Assembly (NCBI GenBank): GCA_032718475.1
Contig: JAUCBJ010009163.1
Coordinates: 164,836-228,835 of the forward strand
Reading direction: 5' to 3'
DNA length: 64,000 nucleotides
Source: Nemertoderma westbladi
Taxonomy: Eukaryota; Animalia; Xenacoelomorpha
The notes under the pieces are model-generated. The model was not told the DNA's origin and did no database searches. It saw nothing but the letters and a program-made list of their open reading frames with translations. This document shows positions 35,601-49,472 of this stretch, in pieces. The translations under genes and the position numbers were made by a program. Every line of letters starts with the position of its first letter. Within the stretch, counting starts at the first letter, position 1.

Positions 35601-37848
35601 GATAAATGAATTTTGATTGCATTGGAAAACCCCCCTATCTGTGGCTTTATGAGTGGAGAGATAAGTATCCTATCTCCCTATTAATATTGTTGTGTTCTTC
35701 AGTAGAATATTTATTATAGTTTCATCGTATTGCCAAAGTGACTGGAGCTGAAGTTAACTTATAATACTATAATTCACCTCAAATATCTCAGCTATTTCAT
35801 GAACATAATGAAGTATTAAAGCCATGTCAAAATCCTTGGTATTTTTCTGCAATAATTTATCAAAATATCCTCTGATTTTTTTCAAAAACCATATCGATTT
35901 TCATATTTATAACTTCTATCCCACTCCACGAGATAGAGAATCTTAAATGAACGTCAAAAGAACAGGTAACACTTACATTTATAGAAGTAATCAGCTGTTA
36001 TTTGCTACGTCTTTCCGCTGGAGATGGATGAATTTTGATTGTGTCAGAACACCCCCTATCTGTGGCTTTCTGAGTGGAGAGATAAGTAGCCTATCTCCCT
36101 ATTAATATTGTTGTGTTCTAGAATATTTTTTATAGTTTCATCGTATTGCCAAAGTGACTGGAGCTGAAGTTAACTCATAATACAATAATTCACCTCAAAT
36201 ATCTCAGCTATTTCATGAACATAATGAAGTATTAAAGCCATGTCAAAATCCTTGGTATTTTTCTGCAATAATTTATCAAAATATCCTCTGATTCTTTACT
36301 ATAACCATATCGATTTTAATATTTATAACTTCTAACCCACTCCACGAGATAGAGAATCTTAAATGAAAGTCAAAAGAACAGGTAACACTTACATTTATAG
36401 AAGTAATCAGCTGTTATTTGCTACGTCTTTCCGCTTGAGATGGATGAATTTTGATTGTGTCAGAACACCCCCTATCTGTGGCTGTCTGAGTTGAGAGATA
36501 AGTAGCCTATCTCCCTATTAATATTGTTGTGTTCTAGAATATTTATTATAGTTTCATCGTATTGCTAAAGTGGCAGGAGCTAAAGTTATTATGTAATGCA
36601 ATAATTCACCTCCAATATCTCAGCTATTTCATGAACATAATGAAGTATTAAAGCCATGTCAAAATCCTTGTTGTTTTTCTGCAATAATTTATCTAAATAT
36701 CTTCTAATTTTTTACAAAAACCATAATATAGATTTTCATATTTATAACTTCTATCCCACTCCATGAGATAGAGAATCTTAAATGAAAGTCAAAAGAACAG
36801 GTAACACTTACATTTATAGAAGTAATCAGCTGTTATTTGCTACGTCTTTCCGCTGGAGATAAATGAATTTTGATTTCATTGGAACACCCCCTATCTGTGG
36901 CTTTATGAGTGGAGAGATAAGTATCCTATCTCCCTATTAATATTGTTGTGTTCTTCAGTAGAATATTTATTATAGTTTCATCGTATTGCCAAAGTGACTG
37001 GAGCTGAAGTTAACTCATAATACAATAATTCACCTCAAATATCTCAGCTATTTCAGGAACATAATGAAGTATTAAAGCCATGTCAAAATCCTTGGTGTTT
37101 TTCTGCAATAATTTATCAAAATATCCTCTGATTTTTTACAAAAACCATATCGATTTTCATATTTATAACTTCTATCCCACTCCACGAGATAGATAATCTT
37201 AAATGAACGTCAAAAGAACAGGTAACACTTACATTTATAGCAGTAATCACCTGTTATTTGCTACGTCTTTCTGCTGGAGATAAATGAATTTTGATTGCAT
37301 TGGAAAACCCCCCTATCTGTGGCTTTATGAGTGGAGAGATAAGTATCCTATCTCCCTATTAATATTGTTGTGTTCTTCAGTAGAATATTTATTATAGTTT
37401 CATCGTATTGCCAAAGTGACTGGAGCTGAAGTTAACTCATAATACAATAATTCACCTCAAATATCTCAGCTATTTCATGAACATAATGAAGTATTAAAGC
37501 CATGTCAAAATCCTTGGTATTTTTCTGCAATAATTTATCAAAATATCCTCTGATTTTTTTCAAAAACCATATCGATTTTCATATTTATAACTTCTATCCC
37601 ACTCCACGAGATAGAGAATCTTAAATGAACGTCAAAAGAACAGGTAACACTTACATTTATAGAAGTAATCAGCTGTTATTTGCTACGTCTTTCCGCTGGA
37701 GATGGATGAATTTTGATTGTGTCAGAACACCCCCTATCTGTGGCTTTCTGAGTGGAGAGATAAGTAGCCTATCTCCCTATTAATATTGTTGTGTTCTAGA
37801 ATATTTTTTATAGTTTCATCGTATTGCCAAAGTGACTGGAGCTGAAGT
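32654..37848. repeat. ~415-bp tandem satellite array, block 3 (about 12.5 monomers)
   Basis: Same monomer and orientation as blocks 1-2. It ends abruptly at GCTGAAGT|ATCTTT (37848). Confidence 0.98.
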
Positions 37849-37940
37849 ATCTTTATTCCTATGGTGTAGACTGAATATCTATTTGAATTTCCCACCACCA
37901 CTACACTAACCTCTCCAACAACATACATATTTGTAATAGT

Positions 37941-38750
37941 TTAATAACGATTTGGTGGGTTTGAAACTCTACCAGAGTGGGTAATGGGTGGTTGTTTCGT
38001 AACAGCTTCGGCGTGAGTCAGTTTCTTGTGCACTGTTGTTGAAGATTTACGTGGTTTTCCATGATATGGTGGTTGGGCTAATAGAACTGGCTTGTCAGTA
38101 TCTATGTGAGCAGGTTTTAACCGATCAATAGAGATGGTTTCTTCTCTATTTCCCATTCTGATTTTAAACATTTTTGGGCCAGTTACTAGGACCTTGTAGG
38201 GTCCTGTGTATGTTCTCTGCAAGGGTTTGCAATGTCTATCAACGCAAAGAAATACATAATGTGAGTTAGTCAGGCTGGAGGGCACATTAACTTTTGGGAG
38301 TCCATGTGCTGTAGATGGAACAGAATTAAGTGTTTAAACTTTATCTCATAATATTTTGAGGAAATCGTAGTTGTTTGGTTTAGCGCCATTATCAATAGCA
38401 GGAAGAAAATCTCCAGGGACCTGCCATACACTAGTTCAGCACAACTCACGCCGAGGTCTTCTTTGAATGGAGTGCAAAGACCAAGTAGTACGCCAGGTAT
38501 ATTGGCCACGCTTTGAATTGGTGGTGCCAGCGATCTAGAATCCCATTAGCATCTGGATGATATGCAGTGGTGTTATGTACTGTAATACCTAATTGCTCAG
38601 AGATGCCTCGCCACAGTTTCGATATAAATTGTCATTCCCGATCAGTTGGTACGCCAAATCTAGAAATCCATGTGGAGATAAGCGCTGATACACATGATGT
38701 TGTGGATGTATCAGCCAACAGAACTGCTTCCAGCCATATTGTATCCACCA
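37941..38750 (-). pseudogene. Decayed Ty3/Gypsy integrase fragment
   Basis: Three frames give WLEAV..DTSTTSCVSALISTWISRFGVP, PGVLLGLCTPFKEDLGVSCAELVYG and KPLQRTYTGPYKVL...ETISIDRLKPAH, typical of a Gypsy integrase core and C-terminus. Confidence 0.85.
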
Positions 38751-38754
38751 GATT

Positions 38755-39330
38755 TGCATCTATTGCGACAACAACGACCACCTCCATAAAGAATGTCCAA
38801 CCATGCACAATCGATGTTAGGATTGTCGTTTCCAGGGACATTTCGAGTGAAATTGTGTGAAGGGAATGGCAATGGTGAAGTGGACGCTATTCAAATGCCA
38901 CGTCAACCATGGAGTCATGATGTCCACTCGAGTAAATCTGGAACCATCATCTGCTACCTTTGTATACAAAGAAGACGTCACGTTTTCTAGGAGTTTTAGG
39001 AAACCACATCGACAGACCGACAGTCGAGATGATCACGTAAGCACCAGCGCACGTCTGCCGGATATGCTGGTATAGACAGATGAGCCACCTATGGCCTTGC
39101 ATCCATAATATCTGTAGTCATTCAGTAGGGTGGTGCGTACCCATGCATGCATGCGTAACCCATGCACAATCGATGTCAGGATTGTCTTTTCCAGGGACAT
39201 CTCAAGCGGGATTACGTGAAGGCAATGCCAGTGGAGAAGTTGGTGCTATTCGAATGCTACGCCGACCATGGGGTCATGATGTCCACTCGAGTAAAGTCCA
39301 CCAACATGCATTGGTGTTTCTTTAAACTAT
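38755..39330 (+). pseudogene. Two tandem decayed homologues of the ORF3 zinc-knuckle C-terminal domain
   Basis: From 38755: CIYCDNNDHLHKECPTMHNRC*DCRFQGHFE*NC. From 39162: MHNRCQDCLFQGHLKRDYVKAMPVEKLVLFECYADHGVMMSTRVKSTNMHWCFF. ORF3 reads CLYCRESSHRMGAFPRLHNRCSKCNFRGHYGCQCDWMDDEEKFRVFEEWADVGAMTRQRMKAQELRWDFF. Confidence 0.85.
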
Positions 39331-41589
39331 TGGGAGAAATAACCATATTTGTTGCTGCCTGGAACTTCCACGTAAAGTATATCGAGCTTACACGGTGGGG
39401 CTGAACCAACTTTTTATAAAAGTAAAATGCCCAGCCAAACTGATTTCATTTCTTGGGGCACTTCAACGCCCAAAAATGATGAAATTGATTCCAAAAATGC
39501 TAAACCAGCACTACTGGGAGGATTGAAACAGCGATATGATCATTAAGCTTTAATATCGAACATTAACATTAATCGCAACTTTAGGAAAAATATACATTTA
39601 TATTATGTAGTTATAAATGAACATGTAAATATAACATGAAAGTCAGTTATTACATAGACCTAAATAATTTTATATTAATAAAAGTAGAACAGGAAAATAA
39701 AAAAATTTAAAAAACACACTGGATGGGATGGGACCTACTTAAATAATGAAATAAATATAAATAAGGAGCCATAATGGTGTACTAGTACATGCGAAAGTGT
39801 GCACCTTGTGACTATGGATCCTACTAGACCCTACTAGGCCCTACTTGACTTCTCACACTGTAATTTCTCACATATTAGATTCTTGTATATCTTAATTACT
39901 TAATACTGTACACTCAATTCAATACGATATTATTAATACAGTATTGACCTGAAATTGCAAAATGAGATTACATTTTCACAGCACTGGTACCTATGAGTGA
40001 CTGCTTGTACTGAGTGATTGATTTATTCTTAATTTTATTTCATTGTATAACTAAACATATAATTGGTACCAGTACTCTACCAAACTTCTTCGTCTCTGCA
40101 TCTGTGTTATACAGCCAGGATAAAAGCATGTAAACGGTCTCCATCTCTCCAAGAATAAAGGTGTCGAAATTAGATCAGTGGTGGTAGGCCTACTGGCCAC
40201 CCGGAAAATAATAGCAGATGTCGAAACACCTTAATCACTACTGGTACCACCAGGTGGACATCATTGTTCATTCACCTAACTCCAAAAATAATGATAAGTT
40301 TAACTTCTCATCAATTTTATGTTGCGACGATTGCCTAGCTCTTTTTGCGTTGACAGTCGACCTTAATCAACATAATCTCGAATCTCTCCAAACCACCACC
40401 GAGGATGTTTTTACTGGTTCTGTTATAGTGGGGAACCCTCCTGAACACAGCTGCAACAACTGCCACCATGCTGTTCCCACTTCTAATGATAAGTTGGTTG
40501 GTTGCGGTCAGTGCCGGATTAACCTTAAGGCATATAAGGCACGTGCCTTTATTGCCTTTTTTCTCAGCGAGTCATGCTTGTAAAAAAAATATTTTTATCT
40601 GAAAAGTCCACATTTTTTCTCACTAAAATTTATAGAAAACAGAGCACGAAAGTGCATCTTTCACCTACTTTCTATCCCTAAATTTGTGATAGAAATTGCA
40701 AAATTCTAGCCAGTCGACCGACAGGGTGCTGTGTTATTAGTTCGAGACATGATGGAAGGGAAATAATAAAACATGGGCAGTAAAACTTTAAAGTGCTAAT
40801 TATGAACAATGGAGAATTTAATTTTATTTATTTGTGAGGAATTATTTGTAGTTATGCTCTTAAACTTTCTGGTACAACCAAATAATGACGTGGTGACATA
40901 CTGGAAATACTGTTCATTGTAAATGTATGGCGTGGAGATATGGTAGTGCGAAATTATTATTATTATTTTTTTTATAAATATAGGCCGTAATAGATAAAAA
41001 AAGGATAAATTTATTAGATAGAATAGTTAGTGATAAAAAAAACGTGTCAGAATTAACTTCTTGACACAAATTTAATTTAACCGAAATTCAGATGTTCTGC
41101 CCTCCTGTATTAAATTTTGCATTCGATGGCCTTTTAGGTGCAATTCCTGCAAAACCTAAAAGCATAATTGGGCAGCATAATTGAATTTGGTAAATTAAAA
41201 TTAGTGACAAAAAGTACTTTTTTCCAAGACTGTTTTCTATCGGAGAACATTACTTTCTCAGCAAGTCCAAATCTAGATCAGAAATATTATATCTTTGCAC
41301 AAAGCCCACACTTTTGGTGTGTTATATTTGTCAGCAAGTCCTGTAAAGATAAGTAAGCCTACCGTGCAAAACCTACCCTACAGAATATAAATAACACATT
41401 CCCACGATCCGATCAAAATTGCTAAATACCTACAGGATCCTAGTCAGCCTTAAGGGGGCCAACTCTAACCACCACAGAAATGAAATTTTTTAAATTTGCA
41501 CAATTTTTTTGTATGACCCGTTGGCCGATAAGGCACCCATTATCACAGAGGTGTCTTCAGCAGTTGGAGTAGACTCTCTATCAATCACC

Positions 41590-42620
41590 GAGGTTATCCG
41601 CCTTGGTAAGAAATCGGATCGGAAGTTTCATTAGCGAACAAGAAGCACAACTATTTCGATCAAATTTTGAGGATAACCTTTGACAAGAAGATTCTACTAT
41701 CAACAAAGAAAGTGCTAGTGTCGCTTACAACTTAAACATAGCAGATGAAGTAAGCAGAGAAGAAGGATCATATGCGACTGTTAGCTACAGTGTATGCCCA
41801 GGCAGCTCTATATGGCGAATCGTTAAACAAGATGGGGCAAGTGGAAGCAGGCCAGCATGGAAATATCAGAACCAGGAAAACGACTAGATGGTAAGATAGC
41901 CATCCGAACAGTCTATCTACCAATGTTTCTCATGACCGTATCAATGATAACTCTAAGAACGTTCATCAGCAGAAGGGGCACCTCAATGCTTGTTGCATTA
42001 ATGCGAAATCTGCATGCAAGAAATTATCTGATTTAAATATTTTATTGTCGAATTTTGAGTATGATATAGTAGGCAGGATTAACTGAGACCTGGTTTACCA
42101 CAGTATTCCAGATGCATCCAATAACTGCCAAGTATTTAGGAAGGATAGACACACTACTGGGGTGGTTTCTTGTTACTGGTTCATAAAAACATTAAATGTG
42201 TGCAAGTTCCTTTGACCTATGACTGTGACTGCTGCTGATTGATGCTGTTGACCTTGTTGGCAACTCTCCGGTGGTTCGCCTTGTGTGCGTTTACCGAGAA
42301 CCTAGCTCAACATCAACCAATGATGATATATGTAATGTAATACTCTCTCTCACCCGTGTGATATAAATTTCACCTTGTGTAATTATAGGTGATTTTAACC
42401 TAAGCGAGTTTAATTGGTTTAATTTTACTTATCCTGATACAGTTGCATATGATAGGTTTGCTAACTACTCCTTGGAATGTAGTCTGTTTCAACTTCAATT
42501 ACAACCTTCAAGGGGGAATAGTGTTTTAGACTTATTATTTACCACTGACGAAATTATAGTTTCTAGTGTATATGTGTTCCCTGGCTTTTCTACCAGCAAT
42601 CATGGTTTGTTGTGCTTATT
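41590..42620 (+). pseudogene. Decayed CR1/L2-type non-LTR retrotransposon: ORF1 tail and apurinic-endonuclease domain
   Basis: Hand translation across frameshifts gives VIRLGK (~41595), CINAKS..KKLSDL, TETWF, VFRKDR, VCVYREP, IIGDFNL..FNW, PSRGNSVLDLLFT and SNH. Confidence 0.75.
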
Positions 42621-42967
42621 GCAGATCACAGATTAATCACAGGTCCACCCACATATGTGATGGAGCCAAAGGACGAGAGAGGGTGTATTTATGGTAAAGC
42701 TATGACAAGGTTCAACCCAAAGTCGTAGCACGCCCCACACTATTGCATGAGTGCAAAATAAAGGCAGACAACATTTTGGGATTTTAATATAGCGAAATTA
42801 AACAGGGCTTTTAATGAAATATTATATATGTGCTGTATTATTATAGTGTACTTTCGTTCATAACGATATATCAATTTAAATAATAATATTAAATATAAGT
42901 GTATGTTTAATTGTGAATACACATCGATTTTCTTAAATGCAGGTCTAATTCGGTTTACTAAAGCATT

Positions 42968-45900
42968 TTAATTTGTTCCAAAGCTGGACATAATTTTGCT
43001 GAAATAACTTTCTGAGTTGTTTAAAAGCTCCTGTGGTTTATCAAGTTCAACTATTTTTCCATTCGCAACAACTACTACTCTATCACTGTCCATTATAGTT
43101 TCAATTCTGTGAGCAATTATCAAAACTGTTAAATCTTTCAATTTAGTCTTCATTACTTCTTGAATAACACTTTGTGTTTCCAAATCAATAGAGGCGGTAG
43201 CTTCATCCATTAACATAATTTTACATTTTCTTAGAATTGCCCGGCCCAAACATAACAATTGTTGTTGACCTGTACTGAAATTGGATCCCCTAGAATGTAC
43301 ACGAATTATATCCAAATCATTATAATCTATATTACTATTGATGGTTTTACTATCTGGTATTGAAATCCTTTCTTTTTTCATATTTAGTAAACGAGAGACA
43401 ACTTCATTCTTCATCTGTACTGTTTCTAATACATCCCATATGTCACTATCAGAATGCTCATTGAATGGGTCCATATTATCACGCAATGATCCTGCGAATA
43501 ACACAGCACCTTGGGGTACTACAGCAATGGCACCACGAAGTGACATCAGTGGTATGTTAGCTATATCAATCCCATCCATCTCAATTATACCTTCATAATT
43601 AGCTAACCTTAACATTGATGTGAAGATCGATGTCTTTCCAGCCCCAGTTCGACCAATAAATGCTATTTTTTCCCCTGCAGCTATGTTAAGATTAATATTG
43701 TTAAGGACCAGTTTACTCGTATCATAAGTTAAACAAACATTAATAAGCGATATAGTCCCTTTGTTGGGCCAGTTATTTGGTGGTGTTATGTAATCCTTTC
43801 GCACATATGGTTCCTCATCAATCCTAGTGTATTGCATGACTCTTTCTACGGATGTCATGGTTACATCCATATCTGCTGATAGGATTACAGCTCTATCTAC
43901 TAAAACGCACAATCCTAAAACATATGTCAATGAAAGGTATGTCATATTTGAATCTAGCAGAGACTCTGATATTAATATACACAAGCAGTAATTGATCATT
44001 GCAAAAACTAAACAGATAATATTAATGTTAATAGCGAGGAACATTTTAATTGGCTGGATCATGAACCAGGCTTCATTGTGTCTATCAAGAAAATTAAAAA
44101 ATATATTTCTGTAAGAATTCTGCACTTTGTAAGAACGTATCACAGGAAGTCCCTCCAATGTTTGCGATATGTGATCAAATATAGGATTTCGAAGAACTCC
44201 TTCAATTCTCTTTACATCACGCATAGGCCTCAATGTAATCTTCCTTACCCACCACAACATTGCAATCAATGGGATAGTTGGTAAGAAAATCCATGGGGTT
44301 ACACATACTGATATTATAATAACAACTGTTATACATAATACTTTATGCATAATATCTGAAAGAAGGTCAGGTAACATATCATCCATAACGCCAATATCTT
44401 TTGAGAATCGGTTAAGAATTTGCCCAATAGGCGTAAAATCAAAAAATTTCTTAGGAGCCTCAATGACTTTCTTGATTATTACATTGTGCATTTTATGACT
44501 GGCTTTTAGAAATAGGGCATAACCAAGACAGAACTTAGCTATGAAAGTTAACCAATTGAAAACAACGATCGCAAAATACACCAGAATTATGCTGCTCCAT
44601 GTCAACCATCCAAAAATTGTTGGAGTTTTGGTCTTAGTCGCAGTTGCATATGCATTTTGTGAATCAGTAGTGGCCCAACCTGCCAACCAATAATTAATAA
44701 ATGGTTCACTGCCATGGCAAAATATAGACAGGAACACCAATAAAGTTGCCATAGGAATAGTTACACCTGATCTTATATAATGCAAGTAAATATGTTTGCT
44801 AATAGAACCCTTTTCAATAGGATCTTTAGAAACTTCATTCGATTCTTCCATAATATCCACAGGGGCACCTTTATGTGCTAATACAATACGATCCATGGTG
44901 TCTTCTTTCTCATTATCATCAAATACATTTTCCGAAAGAATGTCATTTTCATTTCTCTGATTCATCAGCAAATTCAGAAGAGTATTTGTCTCTGAATTGA
45001 CATCTGTTTGTTTACCATATACCTTTGCCATACCTTTTTCTAGAACTAATATTCTATCTGCACTCTGTAAATGTTTACAATCATTAGTGGCTACAATTAT
45101 AGCTGCACACTTTGACATATATCCTACCAAACACTGCTCGAAAATAGCTCTTCCAACATTATTATCAAGTGATGAAAATGGATCGTCTAATATGTAAATA
45201 TCAGCACGCGAATATAAGGCTCTACACAAATTGATCCAGCTTTCTGTCCACCGGATAGAGCTATTCCCTTTTCACCAACAATAGTAAAGTCACCATTGGG
45301 CAAAACAGCTATATCTGGTCTCAGTTCACACATCGCCAGACATCTATTGTACCATTCCTTCTCGAATTCTTTTTCAAATAAAATATTATCTCTAATTGTT
45401 CCACTAAATATCCAAGGGGATTGGGGGACATAGGCTACCTTTCCTGATAAAGTTACCGAACCGAATGTAACTGGAACTTCTCCTAAAATAGCTTGAAGCA
45501 AAGTTGTCTTCCCTGAACCAACTTGTCCAATAACAACTAAGATTTCAGTGGCTTTCACTGATATACTGATGTTTCTGATAATTTCTTCTCCATCTAAGAA
45601 ACCAGCAGATATATTAGATAATAATACTTCACCAACATTGATTTTTACTCTTTCTTCTTTTACGCGCAATACTTCGAATACGTTTTTATCACGAACCAGA
45701 AGAAATTTGCAAATTCTATGAAAACTAATATATACTTCAGACATGTTTCTTAATAAGACCCCTAAGTGATTACTTAAATGACATGAAAGATCAATAAGAT
45801 ACAGGCAGGTGAATACAGTTGTAGGATCTAAAACACCACCGAGGGTTGAGTAAGAAAAAAACGCCAAGAATCCAACGATTGCTTTCAAGTCTAGACAATA

Positions 45901-46644
45901 AAATGACCTCAAATATAATATCTTGGAAATTTGATTAATTTCAAGTTTGCGTAATTTTTTGATGAAAGATATATATACCTCCTCCCAAATATTCATCTTA
46001 ATAACAGAGATTCCATTAATAATATCATCTATATTTGATATCCTTTTGTCAGTTAATTGTGCGGCGGTGGTTCTCAACTTAGCAAATAATTTTCCAAAGC
46101 AAATCTGCAAAGGAACATAAAACAAAATCACAAGTACCGCAATCCATCCAGCTAAACCCAGCATGTATACAAGAAGACAAGCTATAATTAGATTTACTAA
46201 AGGAGAAACTAACAAATAACCAAATATGCGAGACATTGATTCTAAACGACCCAAATCATTTGATACCAAATTTGTTATATAACCCACACTCGTATTCTCA
46301 AGGTCTATAATTGATAATGAAAGTATTTTATCATATATCAATGAACAACATGCTGTTTGTATCTCAGTAAGTAGAAGTGTATTAAGCAATTTTGAATTGT
46401 TATTAGCTAATAAATATATCATATCTAGAAAAGCAATTAAGCAGGTATACAAATATGCATTTGGGGTCGAAATGGTACTATCTGGCATAAAGTACTTCAA
46501 TATCTCACATAGAAGTAACGCCTTTATGGTCATGCAACAATAACCCAGTAACATAATACTCGAGCTCTTTATGTAACAAAGCCAGTAGGTTCGAACAATA
46601 ACACGTAGTAGAGATGTAGCATTGGGTTTCGTGTGAGACACTTC
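42968..46644 (-). CDS. ABCC4/MRP4-like ABC transporter, large exon 2 (TMD1-NBD1-TMD2-NBD2), with a 1-nt frameshift near 45237
   Basis: NBD1: GQVGSGKT, YVPQSPW, LSGGQKA, IYILDDPFS. NBD2: GRTGAGKT, NFSTGQQQLLCLGRA, LMDEATA, IIAHR. TMD2: FFDFTPIGQILNRFSKD. The splice acceptor TTTTTACAG|GAAGTG is at 46645/46644. Adding one base restores GQKARINLCRALY. Confidence 0.92.
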
Positions 46645-46789
46645 CTGTAAAAATCAAACATATTTTAAGTTAGATTTCGTATAAGAATACGAAATCAAAT
46701 ATAAGAATAATATTAGAATTACATTATTTATATACATACAGCACAATATATATTCAATATTTTTATATACTCTATATCACTTACTAGTT

Positions 46790-47414
46790 CGGTTAAAAAG
46801 TCAGGTGAAGACCTTCAGATACGTAAGTGGAAGGCATGGGCAGCATTAAATAGTCTGTCCAGGATTTGGAAGTCCCATAGAATTAAACGTAACCTTAAGG
46901 TTCAATTATTTATGGCTGCAGTAGTACTAGTACTCTTATATACCCTGCTGGGCTCTAGCTGCTGAGGACACCAAATCTCTGGATGGCACATTCACAAGAA
47001 TGCTGCTCCGGGTTCATTGTGTCAAGTACAATGAACACATCTCCAATCAGACTCTATACAACATTGGAGGTGTTCCATTAGTCACCCTAGCTTGACAGTT
47101 TAGACTCCCTAGCTCCCGGCTCCGTTTTGCATGATATTACTTTCGCCGTTAGGCCCAGCCAGTAAATAATCTTGTGCTTTGGCAGCCTCATGGAGTGAAT
47201 AAGCATTCTGGACAGACAGCTCATGACTTTCTTGAGACGCATCTTAAAGACACAGGCCTTGAAAATGCGGATGATCTAGCAAATATCATGGGTGATAGGG
47301 AGTTGTGGCGACGCAAATTTCTCGACAAACAGGCTCAGCATTATTAATTTAAATGTAAAATATATATAATGCAGCTGCAATGCAGCACGCCGAACGTAGT
47401 AGTAGTAGTAGTAG
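46790..47414 (+). mobile_element. 3' fragment of an RTE-like LINE with a (TAG)n tail
   Basis: Decayed ORF2 C-terminus (AWAALNSLSRIWKS...LDGTFTRML), 3' end GCAGCTGCAATGCAGC and a (TAG)n tail. It is homologous to 63452-63859 in opposite orientation. Confidence 0.8.
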
Positions 47415-48454
47415 ATCTACTTTATTGATATTGAATATTAAGTTAGAACGTTAAATTTATTCGGGGTTTGTAGTTACAGTTCGTCCATCACCATCGTCTA
47501 GTACTAGCTATATTATTCAGTATGTCAAAGGGCATATTTTAAGTATTCAACTGGTTGAATGGTGGTCCACTAGCATCAAAAAAGGGCCCATCATTAGGTG
47601 CCCTTTTTTAGCATGTAAATATTCATTCCGGAACATATATTATTTTGCTTAACAGGGTAGTCAGCTACTATTGGTAGATACAAGGTAAACATGTGATAAT
47701 TAAGTGAACGTGAGTGGATCTATTAGTTTTCTTGCACCTGGAGGAGCCAGCTGGGGATTAGGGAAATCCCGTGTGTGGGAAGGAATTCCTTACAATGCTA
47801 ACATGTATTGTAACTGTACATTCGTTGAGAATGCCAGAAAAACAAGATAGAAAGCCCTTAATGATAGTCTAAATCGTAATTATACATTCCAGAACTTGTA
47901 ATTATTTAAAATTAAATTGATATGTTATGGCCATCAGTCACTTTTTCCTGAAAAATCTGAAACACTTATACTGAACAATTTTGTTCTTACGATTGTGGAA
48001 TTCACAATAAATCGGTACGATAGGCTTAAATTCCATCGGTTCAACGAGTGAACAAGGCTTTAAAATATGACTGAGTGAATATAGATACTGCCCTACAGTA
48101 GGGCCTACAGTATGTTACTGTGTATAAGTGAGATTTACAGCCTAAAGCGATTTAAAAGTAATTGTATCTTTTTTTAAGTAGATCAATGTTATATATGACG
48201 CTAATAATTTTGTCAATACGAGATTATCATTTATCGTGTAACACAATTCACACGACTGTGTGAGAAAGATTTCCAGATAATGCAGACCTCTTCTATAAAG
48301 TACAGAGCCTGGCCGTCATCGAAGGCCTCACACATCCAGGGCGAAGATCCGAAGAGGACTTAGGTTCGAAAAGATTGAGTACATGAGGTTCCATGATGAA
48401 CGTCCGAATAGGACCTTCGTCTCGTTTGGACCTTCGACACAATACCTCGGCCTT

Positions 48455-49472
48455 CAACATCTTTGGGGGGGGGGGGGGTCAATATGACCCTCCCCCCGTG
48501 GTTTTTTTGTTATAATTCTGAAACAAACGCAGTTGGGAATCTGAAATTTTATGACTTTTCCTAAAAATCTATTGTCTTCGTAGTAGTGAAAACCGTTTTC
48601 AAAAATATTGGGTAGTTTTCGAGTTTTAGCACCATTTTTTAACCCTACTTTTGGCACTTTTTTTGAGACGTTTTTTGAAAATTATATTTCATTAAATATG
48701 ATTTGTAACATCTCTATTTTTTATTTATACCGGTTTTTTGGTGCTAGCAATTTGATGTATTTCATATAAATTAATTTAGAAATTTCAAACTTGTTTTTTT
48801 CGGCGGGTGCCAAATTTTGGTGCCAGCACCAAATTTTGAAATATGTCAATTTTGTCAATTGATTATTTGAAACTTGTATTTTACGCAATTGGGGTTTTTT
48901 GGGGTTCTGGTTTCGAAGGAATATATACGAGTAGCACCAAGCGTATCAAACTTGTATTTTTCGGTGCAGTGTGCAGATTTTGGTGCTAGCACGAAATTTT
49001 GAAAAATCCATTCAGTAGATAAAATTGCTTGTGACAATTTATTTCTTGCGTTTTAGAGGTTTATGGCTGTTCTGAATTCAATGGAATATATAATTATCGA
49101 ACTATACATCTCAAACTTGTATTTTTTGGAAGTGAGTGCAAAATGTGGTGCTAGCACCAAATTTTGAAAACCATCATATATATCAATTGATTGTGTCACC
49201 TTGTTTCTTGCGTTATACGGGTTTGTGAGGGTTCTGAATTCAATGGAATCAGTAAAAATTTCATAAGAGTTTTCAAAATTGTATTTTTCGCCAGTGGGTG
49301 AAAATTGTTGTGTCAGCACCAAATTTTTGAAAATAAGCAAATTGATCAGTAGTTAGTATCATCTTGTTTCTTACGTTATATGGATTTATGAGTGTCCTGA
49401 ATCCGATGGAATCAATAAAAACAGCACTGGACATCGCAAACTTGTACTTTTTGGTGATGGGTACGAAATTGG
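48455..49472. mobile_element. One arm of a non-autonomous DNA transposon with subterminal subrepeats
   Basis: G-run + GGTCA-ATA-TGACC palindrome + C-run, followed by degenerate subrepeats (GGTGCTAGCACCAAATTTTG, CTGAATTCAATGGAAT). The architecture resembles 5718-6969. No second terminus was found. Confidence 0.55.

Noticed and set aside
40218-40583. Cys-rich ORF with a PHD-like start (CNNC...CGQC)
   Set aside because: The motif is incomplete and runs into a MITE-like end (CAGTGCCGGATTAA at ~40509). It is too fragmentary to call.
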